The notes: generated by a model not told the origin, from the sequence alone. 64,000 nucleotides of DNA from Candidatus Nitrotoga sp. CP45 (GCA_945874105.1 CAMCFJ010000003.1:74152-138151), one strand, 5' to 3'; counted from the stretch's first letter, positions 1 to 11,829 are shown. Made by a program: numbers and translations.

Positions 1-488
1 TGAATCAGCATGTATTCACGATCGGCTTTTGGATAGTTCTTTTTGTTTTTTGGATCGACAATGATCATTCCGTACATTCCCTTGACAATGTGCTGAGCCA
101 TCGTGCTTGCGCCACAGTGATACATGAATACGCCTGGAACCTTGGCTTCAAATTTGAAATGTTTACTTTGTCCTGGCTTGATTTCACCAAATTCATTCAG
201 CACGTCAACCTGAGCCGCGTGAAAATCCATTGCGTGTGAATTTTTATTTGTAGGTGGATTGATCAGCGTGAAATCAACTGTATCGCCTTCGTCTACGCGG
301 ACAGGCTTGCCAGGAATGGAGCCATCGAATGTCCATGCCGCCATTTTGACATCGCCCTTGTTATTCACGGCTAGATCAACTTCCGTAGCCGTCATCGTGA
401 CTTTAACAGTCCTCGCGAAAATTTGCTGTGCGGAAAAAAGCCCAGTTACCAGCATTACAGCAACTGCTGCACTTTTAAGTTTAAACAT
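1..488 (-). CDS. nirK: copper-containing nitrite reductase NirK, N-terminal part (continues beyond window start)
   Basis: Absent from the ORF track because the window edge truncates it. My minus-strand translation from ATG at 488 (GAGGGG 6 nt upstream) gives signal peptide MFKLKSAAVAVMLVTGLFSAQQIFA, then ...NSHAMDFHAA... and ...GVFMYHCGASTMAQHIVKGMYG..., which are NirK copper-ligand motifs. Confidence 0.85.
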   Translation of the reverse strand, partial: MFKLKSAAVAVMLVTGLFSAQQIFARTVKVTMTATEVDLAVNNKGDVKMAAWTFDGSIPGKPVRVDEGDTVDFTLINPPTNKNSHAMDFHAAQVDVLNEFGEIKPGQSKHFKFEAKVPGVFMYHCGASTMAQHIVKGMYGMIIVDPKNKKNYPKADREYMLI

Positions 489-563
489 ATTATTCCCCTC
501 TTTAATTTAAAGTTAACTACAAATTGCTTATTTCTTACTACCACTTCTTGCTACGGACATTTA

Positions 564-914
564 CTAACCGAATTTGCACTTACATAACATGCGTAGATGC
601 TGCACTAAATCATTGATTTCTTCGTCACTTAAGGTTGCACCCCAAGGAGGCATCAGTATTGATTTATCAATGGATGGCCCACCCTCTTTGATCGCCTTGA
701 ATAATGTTTCGTCCGAGCGACCTGACATTGACTTCGCATCGGTATGATCACGCGGCACGACCGACATGTCCCGGACGTTCACGCCTTTTCCGGTTCCCTC
801 GCTGCCGTGGCATTGAACGCAATAGGCTTTGTAATTGTCGGCGGGCACTTCCTTGGCTTGGGCTTGGACTGAGAAAGCTGCCAGCAAAAGCAACAAAAAT
901 GATTTAGTTGGCAT
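564..914 (-). CDS. ncgC: monohaem c-type cytochrome of the nirK cluster
   Basis: 116 aa with an N-terminal signal peptide and a single CVQCH haem-binding motif. Position between the dihaem cytochrome and nirK matches the ncgABC-nirK order known from Nitrosomonas europaea. Confidence 0.7.
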   Translation of the reverse strand: MPTKSFLLLLLAAFSVQAQAKEVPADNYKAYCVQCHGSEGTGKGVNVRDMSVVPRDHTDAKSMSGRSDETLFKAIKEGGPSIDKSILMPPWGATLSDEEINDLVQHLRMLCKCKFG

Positions 915-1584
915 GGGTAGCCTCCTTGCTCAATGTCTCAAGATAATGGATCATTTTCTGTATGTTCACTTCCGACAAATTTTTGTTTGGCATCATGGAT
1001 TTTGGCTCCCAGGCTTGAGGAGACCTGATGAAGCTCGCCATATATTGCGGTTGCAGGCGCTTGGCCGCCGTATAAATCTCCGGTCCCGATAACCCGCCAT
1101 ATTCAGGCTCAATCAAGTGACAGGCCATACAGCCCAGGAATTTAGTGAAGGCCATTTCCCCCATTTGCTTTGCTATCGTACCGGACTCAATTTTTTCCTT
1201 GGCGATCAAATCGTCATGCGGCTTCATCTTCATGAGCTCGGCCGCAACCAAGGTGGCATCGGCCTTGGAGAGCGCGACATGATCCGTGAGCGTCGAAGTA
1301 TCAATTTCGTCACCTTTGGCCCCAGCCTTGATATGCCCGCCATAGTACATTCCGGCTGGACGTATCCGGCTTGGCTTTTGCAGCCAGGATACCAGCCATT
1401 CCTGGCGATATTTGTTGCCCGCGTAAAAAAGATCTGGCCCCTTTTTCTCGAAGGCAGCTTTCAAAGCCTGTACTGCCGGCCCCTTGATGTTGTGGCAGGC
1501 GGAACAATTCCCCTGAAGTATTCCTCCCTCGGCGAGGGCTGCTCCAGAAAAACAAAGTAAAACAATAAGAACTATATGCTTCAT
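904..1584 (-). CDS. ncgB: dihaem c-type cytochrome of the nirK cluster
   Basis: 226 aa with a signal peptide and two CxxCH motifs (CSACH, CMACH). It overlaps the downstream cytochrome gene by 11 nt, consistent with an operon. Confidence 0.7.
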   Translation of the reverse strand: MKHIVLIVLLCFSGAALAEGGILQGNCSACHNIKGPAVQALKAAFEKKGPDLFYAGNKYRQEWLVSWLQKPSRIRPAGMYYGGHIKAGAKGDEIDTSTLTDHVALSKADATLVAAELMKMKPHDDLIAKEKIESGTIAKQMGEMAFTKFLGCMACHLIEPEYGGLSGPEIYTAAKRLQPQYMASFIRSPQAWEPKSMMPNKNLSEVNIQKMIHYLETLSKEATHAN

Positions 1585-1586
1585 AT

Positions 1587-2666
1587 TTATCGCCTTCTTT
1601 TCCCCTGTTCGATTATTTTGCCCATGAACGGTGCGCTATTGAAAAGCCCATATCCCTGCGTTAGCGACACACTGTAGAAGAAATTCGGATCAAACACTTT
1701 ACCTTTCCATGCGTACCAGTCATTCATTTTGATACCTTCATATTCAAAAACGGTCATTGGCCCACCCATCGAGGCACCGTTGTTTGACATGTGTTTGTCA
1801 ACATGGTCATGCATTACGAAGAGCCCGGGATTGTTCATCTTGACGATCACGTCATAACGTTCACCAGGCCCTACCGGAACAGTGTCCACATAGTAAGGAT
1901 TGGCAAGTGGATAACCGTCTTTGTGGGTGATGAGCATGTCATGCCCATGCATATGCATTTGGTGTGTTTCATCGCCAGAGCCAATAAAGCGCATTCTCAA
2001 CACATCGCCTTTCTTGACCCGAATCGGTTGGGTGAATGGGAAGGATTTTGCGTTTACTGAAAAGTAGTCAGAAACATCCTGCGGGTTGCCCCCTTTGCCA
2101 TAAGCGTTGGCATAGGGGGATTGCCAAGTGCTCATCATCAGAATGGCATCCAGGGTAACTTCCTTTTCGAGTGCACTCGGATTTTTTGGATCGACGATAA
2201 GTGGCCCCCACATCCCGCGTATCGCCACATGCTCCCAGACATTTACATGGCAGTGGTACCACAGGCTTCCGGGACGATCAACATTGAATTTATAGGTATA
2301 AGACTCGCCCGGCTGAATCGCTTCCTGTGAGACACCGGGCACGCCATCTTGTTGCCAACTGCCGGTCTGATTAACGCCATGCCAGTGGATGGTATGGGGA
2401 AGTGTGGTGTTGTTGGTTACATGCACCATCACGTCATCTCCCTCCTTGACGTGGATGAGTGGCCCTGGCACTTGTCCGTTGAACGCGAAAACTTTATTGG
2501 TAAAGCCCGGAGCTACTTCTATTGAAACTTCATCAATGCTCAGGCTGAATTCGCGCTGCTCAGCCCAGCTTGCAGTGGCAGTTCCCGCCAGGAAACAAAA
2601 TATTAAAATATTCCTGAAAGAGCAGGCCGCAGTGGACAGACGCGATATATTCAAGGCGGTTTTCAT
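1587..2666 (-). CDS. ncgA: two-domain multicopper oxidase
   Basis: 359 aa with a signal peptide and copper-ligand motifs HTIHWHG, WYHCHVNVWEH, HQMHMHGH and MHDHVDKHM. It is the first gene of the MCO-cyt c-cyt c-nirK string. Confidence 0.8.
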   Translation of the reverse strand: MKTALNISRLSTAACSFRNILIFCFLAGTATASWAEQREFSLSIDEVSIEVAPGFTNKVFAFNGQVPGPLIHVKEGDDVMVHVTNNTTLPHTIHWHGVNQTGSWQQDGVPGVSQEAIQPGESYTYKFNVDRPGSLWYHCHVNVWEHVAIRGMWGPLIVDPKNPSALEKEVTLDAILMMSTWQSPYANAYGKGGNPQDVSDYFSVNAKSFPFTQPIRVKKGDVLRMRFIGSGDETHQMHMHGHDMLITHKDGYPLANPYYVDTVPVGPGERYDVIVKMNNPGLFVMHDHVDKHMSNNGASMGGPMTVFEYEGIKMNDWYAWKGKVFDPNFFYSVSLTQGYGLFNSAPFMGKIIEQGKRRR

Positions 2667-2685
2667 CTTCTAAGGATCTTAAGTA

Positions 2686-2709
2686 ATAGTCATTTTTAAT
2701 GTATCTTTA
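2686..2709. promoter_or_regulatory. candidate NsrR (Rrf2-type) operator upstream of ncgA
   Basis: The minus-strand reading AAGATACATTA-A-AAATGACTATT resembles, from memory, the AAnATGCATTT-n-AAATGCATnTT inverted repeat of NsrR sites, with about 4 mismatches. It lies 20-43 nt upstream of the ncgA start. Confidence 0.25.
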
Positions 2710-2934
2710 CTTGGAAATGTTGTCAAGCAAATTGTTGATACTTTGTAGCGAGCAAATGAACATGCCATTTGTTAAAAAATTCCGGCCCACCAAGGTTAAG
2801 CTGAATGACGCGGAAACAGGCCGCTAACGGGCCAAAGCTGTGGAATGCATTCATAGTTGACACCCTTGGATGAACGCCAAGCTAAACAAGCGGGGGCAGT
2901 CATCGAGAAGATTTCTCTACTCAAAAATATCCGG

Positions 2935-3741
2935 CTACGGCTCTAGCACACCATTTTCGAGAAATGTGGCGTCGTAGGTTAATACGACCTGTGGGTCCGG
3001 CAGAACCAGCCGCTCATCCTTATCTGCATAATCAAGGCGGCTCAGCATATCCTTGATAACATTAAGTCGCGTCAGATGTTTGTCATCAGCGCGAACTATT
3101 GTCCATGGAGCCATTGTGTTGTGCGAGCGAGCCAACATTTCGTTGCGTGCCAAGCTGTATGGCTTCCATTTCTTGATTGCCTGGTCGTCAAGCGCGCTGA
3201 CTTTCCATTGAGTGAGCGGGTCTGTCATGCGCTCATTTAGGCGTTTCTTCTGTATGTGTTTGCTGATGTCAAGGTAGTACTTTAGAAGCTTGATACCTGA
3301 ACGGACCAACATATGCTCGAACTCTGGTACTGAGTCCATAAATTCTTCATACTCAGCGTCAGTACAAAATCCCATTACCCGCTCGACCCCCGCGCGGTTG
3401 TACCAACTGCGGTTAAACAGCACGAGCTCTTGAGCTGCCGGCAGATATGGAACGTAACGCTGGAAATACCAGGATGTATGATCTCGGTCCGAAGGTCTAC
3501 CGAGCGCCACGACGCGTGTTTCACGCGGACTCAAATGCTGGATGATGCGCTTGATGGTGCCATCTTTTCCAGACACATCCCGGCCTTCAAAAATGATCAG
3601 GATTTTGTCATTGCATTTAATGAAGTGTCGTTGCAGCTTGACTAGCTCGATCTGAAGGGCATGAAGCATCTTTCGGTATTCATGCTTGCTGATTTGTGCA
3701 GCTGGTTTTGCGGGTTGGTTGAGATTATTTTTTTTGCTCAT
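2935..3741 (-). CDS. ppk2: polyphosphate kinase 2
   Basis: Shows the PPK2 P-loop-like motif FEGRDVSGKDG and conserved WYFQRY and NRSWYNR blocks. I chose the start at MSKKNN (ATG 3741, GGTGA 7 nt upstream). The ORF is open back to 3777. Confidence 0.85.
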   Translation of the reverse strand: MSKKNNLNQPAKPAAQISKHEYRKMLHALQIELVKLQRHFIKCNDKILIIFEGRDVSGKDGTIKRIIQHLSPRETRVVALGRPSDRDHTSWYFQRYVPYLPAAQELVLFNRSWYNRAGVERVMGFCTDAEYEEFMDSVPEFEHMLVRSGIKLLKYYLDISKHIQKKRLNERMTDPLTQWKVSALDDQAIKKWKPYSLARNEMLARSHNTMAPWTIVRADDKHLTRLNVIKDMLSRLDYADKDERLVLPDPQVVLTYDATFLENGVLEP

Positions 3742-3876
3742 CAAATATTCACCAAAAAATATGCCGATTCCTGCCATACAAAACTAAATTTATACCCACG
3801 CTTCGCGAAGCAACTCTGTCAAATGGGTAACCATTACACGATTGGAGTAAGCGGTTATTTTGAACAGCTTTCAGCT

Positions 3877-4215
3877 CTACGCCTCTTCATCTACATGCTC
3901 TGTTATATCTGTTTTCCTTTGTTTGTGGCGTCGCCGGTCCACCTTTGAGCGAAGTTCTTTCAGCAGAGGTTGCATTTTAATGCGACGGCAAATTGTTCGG
4001 CGTTCACCATGATAGGGCGCTGTATTTCGCCTCTCGAGTGGCTTTGCAAGAGTTCGCTGATGTTCAGATTGTATAATTTTCTGAAACACCAGTGACGGCT
4101 CAATGCGCTCTGAGACAGGTTTAACTGGCTTGATTTCAGTTAACTTTTTTACTTCATGGCTATTCTCTAATCCGCTTAAAGACGGAGGAAGGGGAAGGTT
4201 CTGTACGTGTTGCAT
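3877..4215 (-). CDS. hypothetical small basic protein
   Basis: 112-aa ORF with an Arg/Lys-rich C-terminus (ERRTICRRIK...VDRRRHKQRK). There is no recognisable domain and no clear Shine-Dalgarno sequence. It is on the same strand as ppk2. Confidence 0.35.
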   Translation of the reverse strand: MQHVQNLPLPPSLSGLENSHEVKKLTEIKPVKPVSERIEPSLVFQKIIQSEHQRTLAKPLERRNTAPYHGERRTICRRIKMQPLLKELRSKVDRRRHKQRKTDITEHVDEEA

Positions 4216-4423
4216 ACTATTTTAAATATTCTGAATTTCATGTTTGCGGGAATTTCAATGTTACCAGCTTCACATTCTTTCCCATAATGCACACAGAGAT
4301 GGCGTAAGCAATCATCCCAGTCTTTAGCTGAAATGAACGGCAGGATGTTTCAGGACGGGAGTTAAATAAATTTACGGGGGGTGAGGAGTTTTTAACGAGA
4401 AACCTTTAATTCTCGAAATAATT

Positions 4424-4451
4424 AAAAAAGCGGTTCGAAAACCGCTTTTTT
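4424..4451 (-). terminator. rho-independent terminator after fba (symmetrical, could act in both directions)
   Basis: AAAAAAGCGGTTCGAAAACCGCTTTTTT: a 6-bp GC-rich stem (GCGGTT/AACCGC) flanked by A and T runs, 20 nt downstream of the fba stop. Confidence 0.7.
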
Positions 4452-4470
4452 AATTGTGCCACCATTGAAT

Positions 4471-5535
4471 TTATTTGACGATAGCCTTGAGCTCACCTTT
4501 GGCGTACCTGATGGCCATGGCGTCAAGTGAAATCGGTATTATTTTCGAGGCTTGACCAGCAGAACCGAAAGCTTCATAACGTGCCTTGCAAATTTCCTTC
4601 ATGGCGATAGTCGATTCTGCAAGGAATTTACGTGGATCGAAATTTTTTGGGTTTTGTGCCAAGTAACGACGTACCGCGCCGGTAGATGCCATGCGCAGAT
4701 CTGTGTCGATGTTAACTTTTCGCACGCCGTGTTTGATACCCTCAACTATCTCCGAAACTGGCACGCCGTAGGTTTCCCCCATGTCGCCGCCAAATTGGTC
4801 AATGATCTTCAACCATTCTTGCGGTACAGAAGAAGATCCATGCATTACCAAGTGAGTATTGGGAATACGGGCGTGGATTGCCTTGATACGCTTAATATCC
4901 AAAGTGTCGCCAGTGGGCGGCCGGGTGAATTTGTATGCACCATGCGAGGTGCCGATGGCTATCGCCAGCGCATCTACACCAGTCTTCCGGACAAAATCGG
5001 CTGCTTCTTCTGGATCGGTGAGTAGTTGCGAGTGGTCTAGCTTGCCTTCCGCGCCTTGGCCATCTTCTTGTTCGCCCATGCCGGTTTCAAGTGAACCCAG
5101 GCAACCCAGCTCACCTTCAACAGATACGCCCACTGCGTGCGAAATATCAACAACTTTACTTGTTACTTCAACGTTGTATTCGTACGAGGATGGAGTCTTG
5201 GCATCTTCTTTCAAAGAACCATCCATCATTACGCTGGAGAATCCGGAACGAATGGCGTTAATACATACAGCCGGGGAGGCTCCGTGATCTTGGTGCATTA
5301 CTACCGGAATGTGCGGATAAGCCTCTACTGCAGCAAGAATCAGGTGGCGCAGGAATGGTTCGCCCGCATATTTGCGGGCGCCAGCTGAGCCTTGCATAAT
5401 CACCGGGCTGTTGGTTTCATCCGCCGCCTCCATGATTGCTTTAACCTGCTCCAAATTATTAACGTTGAATGCGGGCAGGCCGTATCCGTTTTCGGCTGCA
5501 TGATCCAGCAGCTGGCGTAATGAAACAAGAGCCAT
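4471..5535 (-). CDS. fba: class II fructose-1,6-bisphosphate aldolase (CbbA-like)
   Basis: 354 aa beginning [27 protein letters not shown], with VMHQDHG and the [12 protein letters not shown] insertion typical of the Calvin-cycle-type class II aldolase. Confidence 0.9.
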   Translation of the reverse strand: MALVSLRQLLDHAAENGYGLPAFNVNNLEQVKAIMEAADETNSPVIMQGSAGARKYAGEPFLRHLILAAVEAYPHIPVVMHQDHGASPAVCINAIRSGFSSVMMDGSLKEDAKTPSSYEYNVEVTSKVVDISHAVGVSVEGELGCLGSLETGMGEQEDGQGAEGKLDHSQLLTDPEEAADFVRKTGVDALAIAIGTSHGAYKFTRPPTGDTLDIKRIKAIHARIPNTHLVMHGSSSVPQEWLKIIDQFGGDMGETYGVPVSEIVEGIKHGVRKVNIDTDLRMASTGAVRRYLAQNPKNFDPRKFLAESTIAMKEICKARYEAFGSAGQASKIIPISLDAMAIRYAKGELKAIVK

Positions 5536-5625
5536 TTTTTTCTCCTAGCAAATTTTAACGTTATCAAACAAAATCAAAAATAGAACTTGGCAGTGTACGG
5601 GAAAACTTGGCACTGCTTCAACCCC

Positions 5626-7065
5626 TTAGTTCTTACGGTGATCGCCTACCCGGACAATTTGCATGGTGTTGGTATAGCCCGCCTTGCCAACGGCTTCGCC
5701 TATAGTCATCACAATCATGTCCCCTTTTTGTACTAACCCCAAGCGTACCAGCTCATCCTCCGCTGCGCGTAACTCTACTGATGGAAGTTTGGAGGTAATG
5801 TTAAATGCAATCGGATGAACTCCGCTGAACAGAGTTACTTTACTCAAAGTTGATTCAGACGGCGTTAACGCAAAGATTGGTACTCTTGCATTTACACGGG
5901 ACATCCACAGAGGGGTCGAACCAGACTGAGTCAACGCCACAATCGCTTTGATCGTAAAGTGAGAAGCCGCATATAGCGCAGACATGGCGATAGCCTGATC
6001 GATGCGTGTGAATTTCGTTTGTAGCAGACGGTGACTGGTGGCGATATCTTCTATCTCGCTTTCCGCTTGGATACAGATGCGCACCATGGATTTGATGGTT
6101 TCGATGGGATAGTCGCCCACTGCGGTTTCTGCCGACAGCATTACCGCATCGGTGCCGTCCAGCACCGCATTCGCCACGTCCGATACTTCCGCACGGGTGG
6201 GAATCGGGTTAGTGATCATGGATTCCATCATCTGTGTGGCAGTGATAACCAGCTTGTTTTTGGCGCGCGCCATACGGATCATGCGTTTTTGCAAGCCGGG
6301 CACGGCTGCATCCCCTACTTCCACGGAAAGGTCGCCTCTAGCCACCATAATAGCGTCGGATGCATCAATAATTTCGTCCAGTACAGCAATGGCTTCGGCA
6401 CGCTCAATTTTAGCCATCAACAAGCTTTTGCCACCAGCCGCTTGCATCAATTTGCGCGCCAATTTCATGTCATCAGCCGAACGCGGGAAGGAAATCGCCA
6501 GATAGTCGGCCTTAATCAAGGCGGCGGTCTTGATGTCCTCCTTGTCCTTGTCGGTAAGTGCGGGGGCCGTCAAGCCGCCGCCCTTGCGGTTGATGCCCTT
6601 GTTGTTTGACAGCACTCCGCCGCATACGACTTTGCAGATAATTTGCGCGCCCTTAACTTCGGTTACATCGAATTCCAGCATGCCATCATTCAGTAACAGC
6701 ACTGAACCTTTGCTGACATCCTTGGGCAAGTCCTTGTAGTCGAGACCAACGCGGTCCTGATTGCCAAGGCCAGTCCATTCTGCATCCAGGATAAAAGTAT
6801 CCCCTTGCTTGAGAATAATCTTGTCATTCTCAAGTTTTCCCACACGAATTTTGGGGCCTTGCAGGTCAGCAAGAATTCCTATGACACGGCCACATGCTGC
6901 AGCGGCAGCACGTACTTTTGCAACACGTTCCACGTGGTCCTGCGCTGTGCCATGGGAAAAGTTCATGCGCACCACATCCACGCCAGCAAGTATCATTTGC
7001 TCCAGCACTTTCTGGTCGCTGGAGGCTGGTCCCAGGGTGGCAACAATCTTGGTTCTGCGTAACAT
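5626..7065 (-). CDS. pyk: pyruvate kinase
   Basis: 479 aa with RRTKIVATLGPAS, NFSHG and MVARGDL motifs. Confidence 0.9.
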   Translation of the reverse strand: MLRRTKIVATLGPASSDQKVLEQMILAGVDVVRMNFSHGTAQDHVERVAKVRAAAAACGRVIGILADLQGPKIRVGKLENDKIILKQGDTFILDAEWTGLGNQDRVGLDYKDLPKDVSKGSVLLLNDGMLEFDVTEVKGAQIICKVVCGGVLSNNKGINRKGGGLTAPALTDKDKEDIKTAALIKADYLAISFPRSADDMKLARKLMQAAGGKSLLMAKIERAEAIAVLDEIIDASDAIMVARGDLSVEVGDAAVPGLQKRMIRMARAKNKLVITATQMMESMITNPIPTRAEVSDVANAVLDGTDAVMLSAETAVGDYPIETIKSMVRICIQAESEIEDIATSHRLLQTKFTRIDQAIAMSALYAASHFTIKAIVALTQSGSTPLWMSRVNARVPIFALTPSESTLSKVTLFSGVHPIAFNITSKLPSVELRAAEDELVRLGLVQKGDMIVMTIGEAVGKAGYTNTMQIVRVGDHRKN

Positions 7066-7081
7066 AAATTTCTCGTCTTAT

Positions 7082-8278
7082 TTATTTCACGGCACGTTGC
7101 TCAAGAATTTCTACCGCTGGCAATTTTTTGCCTTCAAGGAATTCTAAAAATGCACCGCCACCCGTTGAAATATAACTTACTTGATCACTGATCTTGTATT
7201 TGGCAATCGCCGCCAGCGTATCCCCACCGCCGGCGATAGAAAATGCAGGGCTTTCCGCAATCGCCATGCCCAGCGTTTTGGTGCCAGCGCCAAACTGGTC
7301 AAATTCAAATACACCTACCGGGCCATTCCACACAATGGTTGCCGCGTTCTTCAGATAGGTTGCATAAGCCCGGGCAGTTTCAGGGCCAATATCAAAAATC
7401 ATATCGTCATCGGTAATATCAGCCACTTTCTTGACCACCGCAGGTTCATTGGCATCGAACTTCTTGCCCACGACTACATCGGTAGGTACCGGTATCGATC
7501 CGCCCTTGGCCTTGGCGGCTTGCATTAAACGCTGGGCTTCGGCTACAAGATCGGGTTCATAAAGGGATTTGCCGACGTTATAACCTGCCGCTTTAATGAA
7601 GGTATTGGCAATGCCGCCACCGACAATCAATTGATCCACGATGTGGGACAGCGATTCCAGTACGGTTAATTTGGATGAAACCTTAGAGCCTCCCACGATG
7701 GCGATCAGCGGGTGAGCCGGGCATTTCAATGCCTTGCCCAACGCATCCAGCTCTGCCGCCAATAGCGGGCCAGCGCATGCCACTGACGCATATTTCGCTA
7801 CACCGTGGGTGGAAGCCTGCGCGCGATGCGCGGTACCGAATGCATCCATCGCATAGATGTCGCACAGCTTAGCCATTTTTTGGGAAAGCTCGTCGTTGTT
7901 TTTACCTTCGCCTTTATTGAAGCGCACATTCTCAAATAGTACGACTTCGCCATCGGCGATGGTGAAGTCGCCGTCCAGCCAATCCTTGATTACCCGTATT
8001 TCTGTACCTAACAAGTCAGACAAACGCTGGGCTATGGGCTTCAGGGAATCGGCTTCGGAATAGATGCCTTCTTCAGGACGACCGAGGTGGGACATGAGCA
8101 TTACTTTGGCGCCTGCTTTCACGGCATGCTGGATGGTGGGCATGCTTGCCCGGATGCGGGTGTCATCGGTTATGGTGCCGTCATCAGCTTGGGGAACATT
8201 CAAGTCTTCGCGGATCAGGACACGTTTGCCCCTGAGATCCAAGTCAGTCATTTTGATTACGGACAATTCTTTCTCCAA
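7082..8278 (-). CDS. pgk: phosphoglycerate kinase
   Basis: The N-terminus [24 protein letters not shown] closely parallels enterobacterial Pgk. Also has the [15 protein letters not shown]-terminus. Confidence 0.92.
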   Translation of the reverse strand: MEKELSVIKMTDLDLRGKRVLIREDLNVPQADDGTITDDTRIRASMPTIQHAVKAGAKVMLMSHLGRPEEGIYSEADSLKPIAQRLSDLLGTEIRVIKDWLDGDFTIADGEVVLFENVRFNKGEGKNNDELSQKMAKLCDIYAMDAFGTAHRAQASTHGVAKYASVACAGPLLAAELDALGKALKCPAHPLIAIVGGSKVSSKLTVLESLSHIVDQLIVGGGIANTFIKAAGYNVGKSLYEPDLVAEAQRLMQAAKAKGGSIPVPTDVVVGKKFDANEPAVVKKVADITDDDMIFDIGPETARAYATYLKNAATIVWNGPVGVFEFDQFGAGTKTLGMAIAESPAFSIAGGGDTLAAIAKYKISDQVSYISTGGGAFLEFLEGKKLPAVEILEQRAVK

Positions 8279-8349
8279 TTAAGCATTCGAGGTGAGACGT
8301 ATAGAGAAAATGCGAAAAGGTGAGGGAGTTCCTCACCTTGGGTGCATGT

Positions 8350-9363
<1,014 letters not shown>

Positions 9364-9685
9364 TTATAACTAAAATTGTAACTGTTGAGACAAATTCCTT
9401 GAAACTGTTCTGATGTTGTAACTTAATTAATCAAATAGTTAAACTCTAAGCATCGTTACGGTGCTCCGCCACAAATAACCGGACGACAGGATAACCTTGA
9501 AGCGTGCCGCCAGTCTTGCCGCTGCAACGCTAAGTGTCTACTTCGACAAAAGTGAGCAGTATGTGGGCTCCAATGTTTGCATTAGCCACATACAATTGCA
9601 TCAGTGAATCCAGCTTGATACAGCCTTACTTATGATCAACGCAGCAAGGTCATGAGGGACACTTGCTGCGTTCTTCGCCCGAAAT

Positions 9686-11701
9686 TTAGAGTATGCTTTT
9701 CACGGCTTTCACCACATTTTCTATGGTAATGCCGAAGTGTTTGAACAATTCGCCTGCCGGGGCAGATTCGCCAAAGGTATCCATGCCAATTACTGCACCG
9801 TCCAAACCAACATACTTGTACCAAAATCCCGTCACACCCGCTTCGACAGCTACGCGCTTGCTGCCTTTTGGCAACACGCTGTCCCTGTATGCCTGATCTT
9901 GACGATCAAATACATTGGTTGAGGGCATGGAAACTACTCGTACATGAATGCCGTCTTGAGCCAAGGATTTTTGTGCATCCATTGCCAGACCCACCTCGGA
10001 ACCCGTCGCGATAATGAGTGCTTGTGGCTTGCCATTGGCGGCTTCCGACAACACATAGCCACCCTTGCGGATGTTGGCGATTTGAGCCCCATCACGCTTT
10101 TGGAATGCCAGGTTCTGACGGCTGAAAATAAGGCTGCTCGGGCCGGTTTTGCGCTCAACCGCTGCAACCCATGACACGGCAGATTCCACCGTATCACAAG
10201 GACGCCAAACGTCCATGTTCGGGATATAGCGTAGCGTGGTAGTTTGTTCCACTGGCTGATGAGTTGGGCCGTCTTCGCCCAGACCGATGGAGTCATGGGT
10301 GTACACGAAAATCACGCGTTGTTTCATCAGCGCAGCCATGCGCAGTGCATTGCGCGCATATTCCGAGAACATCAGGAAAGTGCCGCCAAATGGTAGCAGG
10401 CCGCCATGCAACGCCACGCCATTCATAATGGCTGACATGCCGAATTCGCGTACCCCGTAACTAATGTAGTTACCTGTCGATTTTCCATGAATGTGCTTGG
10501 CGCCCGTCCAATTGGTCAGGTTCGAACCGGTCAGATCAGCCGAACCGCCAAGAAATTCAGGTAGTGCCGACACCAGACCGTTAATTGCATTCTGTGAAGC
10601 CTTGCGCGAGGCAATGGTTTCCGCCTTCTCATTGGTCTTGGCGATCATGTCGGCAGCATGCTGCGTCCAGCTTGCCGGCAAATCACCCTTCATTCGTCGC
10701 TCGAACTCAGCCGCTTCTTGGGGGAAAACCTTGCTGTATTCTGCAAATTTATTGTCCCACAATTTTTCCAAACCCTCGCCCTTGGTACGAGCATTCCACG
10801 CTTGGTAAACGTGCGCTGGAATTTCGAACGGCGGGTAATTCCAACCTATATATTCGCGCGTAGCCGCGATTTCCGCATCGCCTAATGCAGCGCCATGCAC
10901 GTCATGCGTACCGGCCTTGTTCGGGGAGCCCGCGCCGATGATGGTCTTGCAACAGATCAAAGTGGGTTTGTCGGTAACTTCCTTGGCGGCCTTGATGGCG
11001 TCATCGACTGCTTTGGGATCATGGCCTTCCACATCGGCGATTACATGCCAACCATAAGACTCGAAGCGTTTGGCAGTGTCGTCGGTAAACCAGGCTTCAA
11101 CATGTCCATCAATGGAAATGCCATTGTCGTCCCAGAAGGCGATCAGCTTGCCTAGTCCCCAAGTACCGGCCAGTGCGCAGGATTCATGCGAAATGCCTTC
11201 CATCATGCAACCGTCGCCGAGGAAGACATAAGTATGGTGGTTAACGATTTCGTGGCCGGGACGATTAAATTCATTTGCCAGCAATTTTTCCGCCAGGGCA
11301 AAACCTACCGCATTGGTAATGCCTTGACCCAGCGGACCTGTAGTAGTTTCTACACCAGCGGTGTAGCCATATTCAGGGTGCCCTGGCGTCTGGGAGTGTA
11401 GTTGGCGGAAGCGCTTCAACTCGTCAATCGGCAAGTCGTAACCGGTCAAATGCAGCAAAGCATAAATAAGCATCGAGCCATGGCCGTTGGAAAATACAAA
11501 ACGGTCACGATCGGCCCATTTAGGGTTAGCCGGATTATGGCGCAAATTGTGAATCCACAGCGCTTCGGCGATTTCTGCCATGCCCATGGGAGCGCCCGGA
11601 TGACCAGAGTTTGCTTTTTGAACCGCATCCATTGCCAAAGCGCGGATCGCTCCAGTTATGTCATTAAACTTGGGGGGGTGTACTTTACGCGCCGCAGCCA
11701 T
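9686..11701 (-). CDS. tkt: transketolase
   Basis: 671 aa with [11 protein letters not shown] and the [12 protein letters not shown] ThDP motif. Confidence 0.92.
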   Translation of the reverse strand: MAAARKVHPPKFNDITGAIRALAMDAVQKANSGHPGAPMGMAEIAEALWIHNLRHNPANPKWADRDRFVFSNGHGSMLIYALLHLTGYDLPIDELKRFRQLHSQTPGHPEYGYTAGVETTTGPLGQGITNAVGFALAEKLLANEFNRPGHEIVNHHTYVFLGDGCMMEGISHESCALAGTWGLGKLIAFWDDNGISIDGHVEAWFTDDTAKRFESYGWHVIADVEGHDPKAVDDAIKAAKEVTDKPTLICCKTIIGAGSPNKAGTHDVHGAALGDAEIAATREYIGWNYPPFEIPAHVYQAWNARTKGEGLEKLWDNKFAEYSKVFPQEAAEFERRMKGDLPASWTQHAADMIAKTNEKAETIASRKASQNAINGLVSALPEFLGGSADLTGSNLTNWTGAKHIHGKSTGNYISYGVREFGMSAIMNGVALHGGLLPFGGTFLMFSEYARNALRMAALMKQRVIFVYTHDSIGLGEDGPTHQPVEQTTTLRYIPNMDVWRPCDTVESAVSWVAAVERKTGPSSLIFSRQNLAFQKRDGAQIANIRKGGYVLSEAANGKPQALIIATGSEVGLAMDAQKSLAQDGIHVRVVSMPSTNVFDRQDQAYRDSVLPKGSKRVAVEAGVTGFWYKYVGLDGAVIGMDTFGESAPAGELFKHFGITIENVVKAVKSIL

Positions 11702-11829
11702 TTCTCACTAACCTCCTGAACATCTCTAAGAATAAATAAATTATTTTTGCAACAAACAACAAGCAGTTGGTAATTATGCCGCACTGCCCTGTTTAGGGCA
11801 ACAGGAGAAAAAATAGACAAGGCCAGAGT

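Noticed and set aside
5604-5620. TGGCAC-containing sequence considered as a sigma-54 -24 element. Other TGGCAC hits were seen near 17156 and 58668.
   Set aside because: None has a GC (-12) element at the required GG-N10-GC spacing. The 5604 hit also points away from any downstream gene.
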